A DNA stretch of 54,366 nucleotides, the filler included, from Deltaproteobacteria bacterium (GTDB lineage: Bacteria; JACQOV01): assembly GCA_016202395.1 (NCBI GenBank). It is 4 parts of 4 records of this genome, joined end to end, with 100 filler letters (N's around TTAATTAATTAA, not from the genome) between each part and the next. Parts side by side here need not be neighbours in the genome. Positions count along the whole stretch, not along the records: positions 17,060 to 36,558 come from JACQOV010000020.1; 3 more parts are not named here. One strand, given 5' to 3'. Below are positions 17,324-25,857 of the stretch, piece by piece; the stretch's first letter is position 1; each line of letters begins with the position of its first letter. Position numbers and translations under genes: made by a program. The notes beneath the pieces are model-generated. The model had not been told where the DNA came from. It searched no databases and was given only the letters and a program-made list of their open reading frames with translations.

Positions 17324-19585
17324 ATGAAAAAAAGACTCTTACTCCTCCCCATCATTTTTATAGCCTTAATTTTTGCGCGTTGCGCCTCTACGCCGCAGGG
17401 ATGGGAGCTCCCTGCTCCACTCGACCCCATTGAAAAGATCTCTAAACTCTACGAAAAAGGGGAGTGGCGAACGGCGCTCCGGCATCTTCATCCTCTACTG
17501 AGTGAGAGCCCTAGGGATGCCAAGCTCTATTATCTAAAGGGGCAACTCCTTCTCCACCTCGAGGAGTTCGAGGAGGCCCGCGAATCGTTAGAGATCACGC
17601 GGGACGAGATTCCAGCGCTTGCGGACTACGCCCTGTTTAGCATCGCCGAAAGCTATCGTCATCAGAATAGACCGGACAAAGCTCTGCGAAACTATCAAGA
17701 GCTTTTGCAAAATTATCCTTTGAGTCGCTATCAGATCGATGCCTCCATCGCGCTCGCAGAGATTCTATTAACTCGGGGAAAAGCCCAAGAGGCCTGGGAA
17801 ACTCTCGATCCCATTTTACACAAAGTTCAAGGGGAAACCGCTTTGGGGGCCCTCTCTACGGCGGCTCACGCGGCTGAGTTATCCAATAATCCTGAAGTCC
17901 TAAATCTGTGGCAGAGGATCTGGATTGAATTCCCCAATACTGAAGAAGCCAAGATTGCCGAATCTCGCCTGAAGAAGGTGGAGAAATTACAACCGTCCGT
18001 TTACCACGCGAGGGCTTTAAATCTGATGAAGGAGTACGACTACGGAAGAGCCTGCCCTCTCTTCCAAAACGCCGTAAAGAGGAGCGCCGAAGAGGGGCTT
18101 GCGGAGGCCTCTCCGATTAAACTCGACTACGGAAAATGCCTCTACCAGTCGAAAGAACTGGATTCGGCTCTGGAAATTTTCCATGAAATCTATTGGGAGC
18201 AAGAAAAAAATTCTCCCCAACGGGAAGAGGTCCTATTTTGGTTAGGGAAAACCTACGATCGCTTAGAAAAGGCGGAGCTGGCCCAATCGAGCTATGAAGA
18301 GTTCCTTCGCCTCTACCCCCAAGGGAGTAAAGCCCCCACCGTTCTGGTGAATCTCGCTTTTTTGAGACACACTCAAGGGGATGAAGAGGGATCAAAGGCC
18401 TTATGGGAACGATTGGTCGTGGAATATCCCGATTCCACCCAAGGGCGAGAGGCCCGCTGGCGCCTGGGATGGAGCGCTTTTCGAGAAGGGAATTACGCCC
18501 AAGCGATCGATTATTTTGAACAGGCCTTCAACGCCCCCTCTTCCCCTGTCACGGAACAGGCTCAAAGCCTTTTCTGGATGGCGCGAAGTTACGACGCCCT
18601 AGGAAAGAAAGAGAAGGCAAAAGAGATCGACCAATACCTCTTGAATCAACTCCCTCCCAACTATTACTCCCTTCTTTTGATCCAGAACGGCAACAAGACC
18701 TCGTTTTGGAAAAAGACGGAGGCGGTGGAGTATCCTCCCCCCTTTTCCTATCCCGTTCCCGCTCCTTTGCTGGATTCCCAAGAGGCGCGGTTTCATTGGG
18801 AACGATTCAAAGCCCTCTATGAGCTTTTCCTTTTCCAAGATGCGGCAGAAGAGCTCAAACTTTTGGAGCTGGCCTCCCCCCAAGATCGAAAGACGGTCCC
18901 GTGGCTCAGCCAGCAATGGCTCCGGATCGAGAAATACCACCAGTCTCAGAGGGTTGTGCGGCTGTTTTTTCAGGAGACACTTCAAAAACCGATTACGAAT
19001 GACGAGATTCCCGCATGGAATCTGGCCTATTCTAAAGGTTTTCAGCCTCTCGTAGAACACTACGCAAAACAACAGGGTCTCGATTCTCTTCTCGTGTACT
19101 CCTTAATTCAAGAGGAGAGCCGCTTTCAAGCCGATGCCCTTTCGAGTTCTCGCGCCTACGGGCTGATGCAGATTATCCCCAAAACAGGAAATTATCTGGC
19201 GCATCGCGCGGGACTGCGAGGATTTTCTGTAGAGCAACTTCACGATCCTGAAACGAACATCCGATTGGGAACGGCCTACCTTCGAGAACTCCTGGATGAT
19301 TTCTCCGGAAACTGGATGCTAGCGCTGGCGGGATACAATGGGGGACCGCACTATGTGAAAAAATGGCTGCAGGCGAACGGCCATCACTCCCCGGCCGAAT
19401 TTGTGGAGGAGATCCCTTTCCGAGAGACCCGAAATTATGTTAAAAAGGTTTTGACGAGTTATGCCATTTATAGCCAAATCTACGGAGGAGGGATTCCCTT
19501 TGAACCAGCGGCGCCAGCACAAAACAATCAAGCGTTTTGGGCCCCTGTCCATTCTTCTACTCTGTTCCATCTGGACTCTCGCTAG
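17324..19585 (+). CDS. TPR-repeat soluble lytic murein transglycosylase (Slt-like lipoprotein)
   Basis: Lipobox-like FARC, TPR repeats, IQEESRF, GLMQI, AGYNGGP, IPFRETRNYVKKV. Confidence 0.9.
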   Translation: MKKRLLLLPIIFIALIFARCASTPQGWELPAPLDPIEKISKLYEKGEWRTALRHLHPLLSESPRDAKLYYLKGQLLLHLEEFEEARESLEITRDEIPALADYALFSIAESYRHQNRPDKALRNYQELLQNYPLSRYQIDASIALAEILLTRGKAQEAWETLDPILHKVQGETALGALSTAAHAAELSNNPEVLNLWQRIWIEFPNTEEAKIAESRLKKVEKLQPSVYHARALNLMKEYDYGRACPLFQNAVKRSAEEGLAEASPIKLDYGKCLYQSKELDSALEIFHEIYWEQEKNSPQREEVLFWLGKTYDRLEKAELAQSSYEEFLRLYPQGSKAPTVLVNLAFLRHTQGDEEGSKALWERLVVEYPDSTQGREARWRLGWSAFREGNYAQAIDYFEQAFNAPSSPVTEQAQSLFWMARSYDALGKKEKAKEIDQYLLNQLPPNYYSLLLIQNGNKTSFWKKTEAVEYPPPFSYPVPAPLLDSQEARFHWERFKALYELFLFQDAAEELKLLELASPQDRKTVPWLSQQWLRIEKYHQSQRVVRLFFQETLQKPITNDEIPAWNLAYSKGFQPLVEHYAKQQGLDSLLVYSLIQEESRFQADALSSSRAYGLMQIIPKTGNYLAHRAGLRGFSVEQLHDPETNIRLGTAYLRELLDDFSGNWMLALAGYNGGPHYVKKWLQANGHHSPAEFVEEIPFRETRNYVKKVLTSYAIYSQIYGGGIPFEPAAPAQNNQAFWAPVHSSTLFHLDSR

Positions 19586-20189
19586 TTGTATCCAAGGGGT
19601 GAAAGAGACCTCAGAAGAAGATTCCAATGTGCAGGTGGGGATGGCCTCGTGGTACGGCCCGACTTTTCACGGGGAGGCAACCACCAGCGGTGAAATTTAC
19701 GACCAAAATGCGATGACGGCGGCTCATCCAAGCCTCCCGATGAACACCGTCGTTGAAGTAACAAACTTAGAAAATGGGAAAGAGGTGCAGGTTCGGATCA
19801 ACGACCGAGGCCCGTTCGCCAAGGAACGGATCATCGACCTTTCCCACGCTGCGGCGGAAAAACTGGACATGCTGGGACCTGGCACCGCCAAGGTGAAGGT
19901 GGAGGTGCTGGAGTGGCCTGAAGGGATTCCCGCTTCAATTCGCAACATCCACCGCACCCTGCATTACACGATCCAGGTTGGCTCTTATCTCAATCGAGAA
20001 AACGCGGAAGGGATGGAGAAGGTCATGAAACGGCGTTTCCGCGATGTCGCTCTCAATTCCGTTGAGGTCCAAGGGACCCCGTATTATCGAATCGAGATTG
20101 GGGACTTTACCGATCGACAAGAGGCTTTAGAGATCGCCATCTCCCTCAGCCGCGAAGGCCTGAACCCTATCGTCATCGAGAAAGAATGA
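19500..20189 (+). CDS. rlpA: Septal ring lytic transglycosylase RlpA with SPOR domain
   Basis: GMASWYG..FHG, TAAH.SLP, VRINDRGPF, RIIDLS, IQVGSY; TTG start inferred from GGAGG. Confidence 0.9.
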   Translation: MNQRRQHKTIKRFGPLSILLLCSIWTLASCIQGVKETSEEDSNVQVGMASWYGPTFHGEATTSGEIYDQNAMTAAHPSLPMNTVVEVTNLENGKEVQVRINDRGPFAKERIIDLSHAAAEKLDMLGPGTAKVKVEVLEWPEGIPASIRNIHRTLHYTIQVGSYLNRENAEGMEKVMKRRFRDVALNSVEVQGTPYYRIEIGDFTDRQEALEIAISLSREGLNPIVIEKE

Positions 20190-20191
20190 AG

Positions 20192-20229
20192 TTGACAAAT
20201 GATAACATTTTTGATACAAATGTTATCAT
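20192..20229 (+). promoter_or_regulatory. Promoter and operator of TA operon
   Basis: TTGACA-N17-TACAAA; perfect 12-bp IR atgataacattt/aaatgttatcat overlapping the ATG. Confidence 0.75.
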
Positions 20230-20452
20230 GATAAGAACACAGATCAGTCTTCCCGAAAAAGAGTACCTTTTGGTCCAAAAAGAGGCGAAACGAGAAGGGA
20301 TCTCCCTGGCCGAATTTTTCCGCCGCGCTCTGCGTAGCGCCTTGCCTTTCTCGAAGGGAAAGCGATGGATGCGCTATGCGGGGTTGATAGAGTCCGGAGA
20401 TCCTCAGTCCAGTCAAACTATTGATGACTTAATTTATGGCAAAAAAGACTAG
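20228..20452 (+). CDS. CopG/RHH-type antitoxin (VapB-like)
   Basis: MIRTQISL...GISLAEFFRRAL...IDDLIYG; upstream of PIN gene. Confidence 0.8.
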   Translation: MIRTQISLPEKEYLLVQKEAKREGISLAEFFRRALRSALPFSKGKRWMRYAGLIESGDPQSSQTIDDLIYGKKD

Positions 20453-20508
20453 AACCCATTTCATAAATACTAACGAAATCCAAAATTGCAGCCGGAAGGA
20501 TTCATGAG

Positions 20509-20916
20509 ATGGGTTCTAAGCGCTACGTAGACACCTCTGCCTTTATTGCATTCCTAGATCGATCGGATTCTTACCATTCCCTGTTTCTGCGGCTTTTTGC
20601 GGATCCCCCTTCGTTAGTGACCTCTTCTTTGGTTATTGCGGAGGGGCATGCCTGGTTTTTAAAGCGATATGATTCTTTTCGCGCCATCCAATTTCTGAAT
20701 TTCATCGAAGACTTAACGGTTCTGTCTGTGGAGCCGGTGGGAATGGAAGAGATTCATAAGGCCACGCGTGCCATTCGTCAATTCTCAGATCAAGGGCTCA
20801 CCTGCGCTGATGCAGTCGGTTTGCTATTGATGAATCGATATAAAATAGAGAGTTGTTGGTCTACAGATCGCCATTTGAGTTTAACGGGCATCCCTTTGGT
20901 GATCCATCAGATTTGA
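20509..20916 (+). CDS. PIN-domain toxin (VapC family)
   Basis: YVDTSAFIA, VIAE, LTCADA, STDRH. Confidence 0.9.
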   Translation: MGSKRYVDTSAFIAFLDRSDSYHSLFLRLFADPPSLVTSSLVIAEGHAWFLKRYDSFRAIQFLNFIEDLTVLSVEPVGMEEIHKATRAIRQFSDQGLTCADAVGLLLMNRYKIESCWSTDRHLSLTGIPLVIHQI

Positions 20917-20930
20917 CGCTGAATTTGGTT

Positions 20931-22094
20931 CTATTGAATTCGTTGGTATCCCGCAACAACATCGGCGAGTCCATTTCCGATGCTTTGTAAAAGAGTCCTC
21001 GTCTCTTCTTCGGCCAATGCCCGCCACTGAGAAGTATCGTTAAAAGCCTCAAACGCAAAAGTGGGCTCTCCCTGCTTATAAGCAACAAGGACAACGCCAC
21101 TAGGATCAACAAGTGCCTGTGCCTGTCTGGCAGATTCAATAGCTCCTTGTCGTATATGTTCTAATGGATCTAACAATGCATAATGATCCAGTAGAGTGAG
21201 CGGCGCGGGGCCGGGTTGATTTAATACCACGATGGGAGCACGAACTCCTTGATTGGCAAGTTCCTCAGCTGTACCGAAATAATGGAAAACCCTTCCCATA
21301 ACACCTCGAAAATAACGATAGAAACCGGGATTGGGAGCTGCTGCAGGATCTACCGAAACGACGACATCTCGTATCGTATCAGCAATTCTAAAAGGATTGC
21401 GTGTTCCGTTCGCGCCAACTTCAATAACCCTAGGTCGGAGAGAAGCAAGATCCCTTAGGTTATCGAGTCGCCCGAAACCAAAAAACGCAAAGTCAACCGC
21501 CCTTCTCACAAGGGGTGACTTAGAAAACCTCCTCGCAACGCCATATCCCCCCGGCAATATCGGGGCCGCGACAGCGACGGTGTCATAGGCTAATCCAGCG
21601 CGATCCCACCAACTATCACAATTCTCAGCGCATTGCGCCAAAGATAGATCCAACGATGCCACATCCCAGACACTTTCGACATAATTCCCAGTTGAATCGA
21701 GGTAAAGCATGGGATTATTCCGCGCATAGGAATAGGGGTTTCGTTGCTGAGGATCGTGGAGGTTGCCGCCTGAAAAGATGGGATCGACGGAGAGAAACCG
21801 AGAAAGAGTAGCGTCATAATACCGGGCGTTGAAATAAGAGAGTTCTGAGGTGGCGTCCCGTTCCTGGCCGGTGAATTGATAGTGTGAAGAGTCCAGTGTG
21901 GAGTGTAAAGTGCCTGAGATTTCTCCAAAGGGGGTGTATTGAAAAGATTCGACCACCTCCCCTTCTGAATTCGAAACCAAGCTTGTGGAACCGAGGTGAT
22001 CAGGGTAAAGATAGTTTACCTCGGCCTCAACCCACGAGTTGGCTAACAGGAAGGCCAACCCTATCCCCACCATGCGCATGAAAGCTTGCCCCAT
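20931..22094 (-). CDS. Mini-Rhs protein 1: signal peptide + Rhs-associated core + methyltransferase-like C-terminal domain
   Basis: VEA|EVNYLYPDHLGS, YTPFGE, FTGQERD, ARYYD, RFLSVDP, NNPMLYLDSTG; start could be 22094, 22079 or 22073. Confidence 0.85.
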   Translation of the reverse strand: MGQAFMRMVGIGLAFLLANSWVEAEVNYLYPDHLGSTSLVSNSEGEVVESFQYTPFGEISGTLHSTLDSSHYQFTGQERDATSELSYFNARYYDATLSRFLSVDPIFSGGNLHDPQQRNPYSYARNNPMLYLDSTGNYVESVWDVASLDLSLAQCAENCDSWWDRAGLAYDTVAVAAPILPGGYGVARRFSKSPLVRRAVDFAFFGFGRLDNLRDLASLRPRVIEVGANGTRNPFRIADTIRDVVVSVDPAAAPNPGFYRYFRGVMGRVFHYFGTAEELANQGVRAPIVVLNQPGPAPLTLLDHYALLDPLEHIRQGAIESARQAQALVDPSGVVLVAYKQGEPTFAFEAFNDTSQWRALAEEETRTLLQSIGNGLADVVAGYQRIQ

Positions 22095-22134
22095 CCCTTC
22101 ACCCCCCCAAGCATTCGTCAATACACTTTAGGCG

Positions 22135-23208
22135 TTAATACGCCTCAGTCTCAGGACTCGGTTTAGCAGGTCTTTCCAGACTCTGCAAGTGAGCCATAGG
22201 ACAGGCTTCCTCAGGGGTAGCTTCTTCTTGAGTCATTTCGACAACCCACAGAATTAAAGCCGCACCTGCCCCTCCTAAAGGGCCGAAGGCCAGCGTGGAT
22301 CCCCCCACGATACCGAGTTTTGCAGCGTACTCCCCCGCCTCTTCATAATTCCCTGCGTAAACCTCATCCCCTATTTGGTAAACATCGTAGGTGGTTAAAG
22401 CAACAACCGCGGTCCCACCCAAGAGGCGAGCAGGGCCACGGAGGAGCCGTAAGGTCCCATTAGCAGATTGGGTGGTGGGAACACCGGCTCTACCAGCCGT
22501 CTCCACAGCAGAATCTATACCACGCAAACTGCGGGCGATAGAGACACGATCGGGGGCGCGTAGGGAGAATCGTCTTCCCTCCGGTAAGCTCCGATTCAAG
22601 GAACGTTGTAGGTCACGCCCCGATTCAATTCGCTCAGCCAGCTCAGGATTTTTCATCACAATGTCCACCCTCATGTCATCAAGTTGACGGAGTACTTCCC
22701 GCAATTCTTCCATCCGGCCAGGCGATTCCACCTCCCGAGCAATTCTCACGGCCTCCGTCCTTAACCGAGCATAGGGAGCAATAGGGTCAGCGGGATTCCG
22801 ACCCTCAGGATCGACAAGGCGGATCGGATTATTCCACACATAGGCGTAAGCGTTGAAACTCTGAGGCTGAGCAGGCTTTCCTGCAACGGGATCCACACTC
22901 ACGAATCGCGCCACCGCAGGATCGTAGCGCCTCGCGCCGTAATCGTACAAATCGATTTCGTGATCGAGCTCTTGGCCGGTGTAAAGATAAGAGATAGCCC
23001 CCTCACCCAAACCCTCTCCCCTTTGGGGAGAGGGAAAAGGGTGAGGGGTTACAATCTCACCAAAAGGGGTGTAAAGCTCTGTTTGCTGAACCGTGCCCAC
23101 CGCATTTGTTCCCACTGCGGTAGAACCCAAATGATCCGAATGAAAATAGCGCACCTCGGCCTGAACCACGCTACACCATAACGCAAAAATGAAACTCCAT
23201 CGTATCAT
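22135..23208 (-). CDS. Mini-Rhs protein 2: signal peptide + Rhs core + Gly-rich hydrophobic C-terminal domain
   Basis: VQA|EVRYFHSDHLGS, YTPFGE, YTGQELD, YGARRYD, RFVSVDP, NNPIRLVDPEG. Confidence 0.85.
   Translation of the reverse strand: MIRWSFIFALWCSVVQAEVRYFHSDHLGSTAVGTNAVGTVQQTELYTPFGEIVTPHPFPSPQRGEGLGEGAISYLYTGQELDHEIDLYDYGARRYDPAVARFVSVDPVAGKPAQPQSFNAYAYVWNNPIRLVDPEGRNPADPIAPYARLRTEAVRIAREVESPGRMEELREVLRQLDDMRVDIVMKNPELAERIESGRDLQRSLNRSLPEGRRFSLRAPDRVSIARSLRGIDSAVETAGRAGVPTTQSANGTLRLLRGPARLLGGTAVVALTTYDVYQIGDEVYAGNYEEAGEYAAKLGIVGGSTLAFGPLGGAGAALILWVVEMTQEEATPEEACPMAHLQSLERPAKPSPETEAY
22999..23048. repeat. Palindromic repeat embedded in frame in mini-Rhs 2
   Basis: cccctcaccc-aaa-ccctctcccc-ttt-ggggagaggg-aaaa-gggtgagggg, encoding PHPFPSPQRGEGLGEG. 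Confidence 0.8.
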
Positions 23209-23256
23209 TAAATTCAAATAACTTGTCAACACGCGACTGGACCCCAGTTATTCATC

Positions 23257-23365
23257 GTCATTCCCGCGAAAGCGGGAATCCAGTACTGGATCCCCGCTTT
23301 CGCGGGGATGACCTGGATTCCCACTTTCGTGGGAATGACGGGATCCCCGTTTTCACGGGGATGAC
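23257..23365. repeat. Cluster of four dRS3-like palindromes (ATYCCC-N8-GGGRAT with GTC/GAC flanks)
   Basis: gtcattcccgcgaaagcgggaatc followed by three reverse-oriented variants ending ggg(a/g)atgac. Confidence 0.85.
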
Positions 23366-23399
23366 GCGTGAATTACCGAAGCCGGACCCGCTTATTCTG

Positions 23400-24461
23400 C
23401 TACTTGGGACTCCTCTCTTGCTGCAATGTACTCAAAAGATCGAGAGCAGAAGGAGATAGCACTGGTAATTCTCGTTCATATACGGAGGTCTCCCAAATCT
23501 CGCCTCCCTCTGAAGGTTCATCCCCCGTACCCTCTTCCCGTATCAGCCTTAATCCAAACACTACTTTCTTCACTGCTTTTCCGTCTAACTCCACTACCGG
23601 CGTAAATATCCCTGTTCTAAGATTAAGCTCTACCCGCTCATCATTCATTAAATAAAATGCAACATACCCACAACCGTCATCCAATACTGAAGAAAGAGCC
23701 CTAAAAGTGTTGTAACTACGGGCTAAGTCCTCAACCCCAGCAGTTGCTTCACCACTCGTTTTCTGTGCCCCCCGCCGAAATGAGGAAGGAGGAAGTTGAA
23801 TCTCCAAACTATAGCGATATTCGACTCCAGAGTTAGGATCTCTTGTAAAAAACTCTTTTCCTGTCTCGGGATCCACAGGACGCAATGTAAAACTAGCTCC
23901 TCCTTCTTTGTCAAACTTAATATCCGTAGGAAAGGAAACCCACTTGACGGGGAGATCCCCAAACAGCGAGGGGACTTTAAATGGCTCTCCCCATTCTCCA
24001 CTCTGTCCATACTGATCATAGAAGGCACCATACAAATTATCGTAACTTTTAGGTTCCTTCCCATCAGGATCCAGATATGCAACAGGGTTGTTGATAGCAT
24101 AGGTGTAGGAATTCAAAGATTGTGGTTTTCTGGGATTGCTTTCGGCTGGATCAACAGAGATAAATCGGGTGAGCGCCGTGTCGTAATACCGGGCGCCGTA
24201 GTAGTGAAGCGCTGCCTCGGAATCGAGCTCTTGGTCGGTGAAACGGAAAGGGACGGAGGCGGTTTCCTCAGGAACGCTTTTGTGCGAAACCTCTCCGAAT
24301 GGAGTATAGAGAATCGCCTCCGTAATCTCTGCGCGTTCATTGGTCATCGTTATCGCGGAACCGAGATGATCAGGATGGTAATAAACCACGCCCGCAGAGA
24401 CAAGACTCGATCCCAGCGAGAAAATCACGCTCCCCATGCCTATTTTCCATGAATTCTTCAT
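23400..24461 (-). CDS. Mini-Rhs protein 3: signal peptide + Rhs core + unknown C-terminal domain
   Basis: VSA|GVVYYHPDHLGS, YTPFGE, FTDQELD, YGARYYD, RFISVDP, NNPVAYLDPDG. Confidence 0.85.
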   Translation of the reverse strand: MKNSWKIGMGSVIFSLGSSLVSAGVVYYHPDHLGSAITMTNERAEITEAILYTPFGEVSHKSVPEETASVPFRFTDQELDSEAALHYYGARYYDTALTRFISVDPAESNPRKPQSLNSYTYAINNPVAYLDPDGKEPKSYDNLYGAFYDQYGQSGEWGEPFKVPSLFGDLPVKWVSFPTDIKFDKEGGASFTLRPVDPETGKEFFTRDPNSGVEYRYSLEIQLPPSSFRRGAQKTSGEATAGVEDLARSYNTFRALSSVLDDGCGYVAFYLMNDERVELNLRTGIFTPVVELDGKAVKKVVFGLRLIREEGTGDEPSEGGEIWETSVYERELPVLSPSALDLLSTLQQERSPK

Positions 24462-24487
24462 CTCTCTAAAACCAAAATGCTAAGGGT

Positions 24488-24646
24488 CTATCAGGTTGCT
24501 GAAAAACTCATTTTCCCTCAGGCTGTTCAAAAAGGTCCAGATGCGAGGCAGCCCGAGGAAGCCGACTGAGGCGTACTTGGTTAGTACGCCGCAAGGAGCG
24601 CCGACGAGGGCAACGAAGCAGATGGGCCTTTTTCAACAGCCTGCTA
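24488..24646. mobile_element. MITE-like repeat family A
   Basis: Doubled left end (caggttgctgaaaaa...caggctgttcaaaaa), right end tttttcaacagcctgcta whose CTA is the stop of mini-Rhs 4; interior homologous to 1-117. Confidence 0.8.
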
Positions 24647-25804
24647 CTTTTCTACCAATCGGCTCCCTTTCAGAGAAGCAACAGCATCTAGAGGAACGCC
24701 CCACTCCTTTAAAGCGTCCTGAATCAATGGGCCTATCTCTTCCAAAGCATTCGCTCTTTTCTCCAGCCGGTCCGGTCCCCAATCGGATCGGGACCCCACC
24801 CATTCTCCTTGAATCATTAAAGGCACATTCGGGGCATCGGTTCGTGTGAGAGTGTACCATACCCCTTGCTTGTTTCTTACGGCAATACTAGCTAGGCCTC
24901 GGGTCTCTTTTTCGAAACCGAGAACCTTGGCATTCAGTGTCATTCCAGAGGCAAAGGGGGCGTCTTTGGTTGGCCCCAAAATTATAAAGCCAACCACTTT
25001 GGGCCCTTCCGGTAGAGAAGTGGCAAGAACCGTAAAATCATGGTATCGCACCTCATCGGTGAGTCTGGCCACCGCAGAACTTCCTTTGACCCCTTTGGCC
25101 TCAATCTTCTGTCCTCCGGAGTCACTAGAAATTGGGCTTGTATGAACCCCGTAGGTCTTCCCTTGAACTTTCCACTCATTCCCTCTCTGGAGTTGAAAAG
25201 TTCCACCAACAGGGACTCCCACCACATCGTTTACAGAAACCGCAACGTTGTTTCCTCCATGAACCACAAAATCTTTGGTGGTAACGGTTACAAGAGATTG
25301 GCCTTTAAAAAGATCGAGATATGGACCGTCCAACAAAGTACTGAAAGCGGCAGGCATCTGGGGAACCGCTCCCGCTACCAGTTTCCCCTCTATGTCGATG
25401 TGTCGGATAGGATTTCCTAAAGCGTAAGAATACCCATTCCATCGCGCGGGCTGGAGAAGATAAATCTCTGGAAGCGATCCTTGAAGCAGCGGGTCTTGAC
25501 TGAGTAACACCGTGAGAATGGAATCATAATAGCGAGCGCCGTAGTTGTAAAGTTCGGACGCGGAATCGAGTTCTTGGTCGGTGAAACGGAAAGGGACGGA
25601 GGCGGTTTCCTCAGGAACGCTTTTGTGCGAAACCTCTCCGAATGGAGTATAGAGAACCGCCTCCGTAATTGCTGCATATTCATTGGTCATCGTCATCGCG
25701 GAACCGAGATGATCGGGATGGTAATAAACCACCGCCGCAAAAGCCCCATCAACCCCCAATGACAATATTCCGCTTAAAATGACTATCTTCCAAGCATGTT
25801 TCAT
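24644..25804 (-). CDS. Mini-Rhs protein 4: signal peptide + Rhs core + C-terminal domain homologous to mini-Rhs 5
   Basis: AFA|AVVYYHPDHLGS, YTPFGE, FTDQELD, YGARYYD, SQDPLL, GNPIRHIDIEG; start reassigned to MKHAWK. Confidence 0.85.
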   Translation of the reverse strand: MKHAWKIVILSGILSLGVDGAFAAVVYYHPDHLGSAMTMTNEYAAITEAVLYTPFGEVSHKSVPEETASVPFRFTDQELDSASELYNYGARYYDSILTVLLSQDPLLQGSLPEIYLLQPARWNGYSYALGNPIRHIDIEGKLVAGAVPQMPAAFSTLLDGPYLDLFKGQSLVTVTTKDFVVHGGNNVAVSVNDVVGVPVGGTFQLQRGNEWKVQGKTYGVHTSPISSDSGGQKIEAKGVKGSSAVARLTDEVRYHDFTVLATSLPEGPKVVGFIILGPTKDAPFASGMTLNAKVLGFEKETRGLASIAVRNKQGVWYTLTRTDAPNVPLMIQGEWVGSRSDWGPDRLEKRANALEEIGPLIQDALKEWGVPLDAVASLKGSRLVEK

Positions 25805-25857
25805 CTCTCTAAAACCGAAATACCGAAGCCTGACCCCTCCTTCTGACCCCTCCTTTT

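Noticed and set aside
23257..23365. Short repeated palindromes as a mini-CRISPR
   Set aside because: No spacers of CRISPR length, mixed orientation, no cas genes; fits dRS3/REP-like repeats
24218..25669. Near-identical 109-bp pair as a DGR template/variable repeat
   Set aside because: Only two mismatches, both copies lie in the conserved coding core rather than a variable C-terminus, and no reverse transcriptase is present in the window
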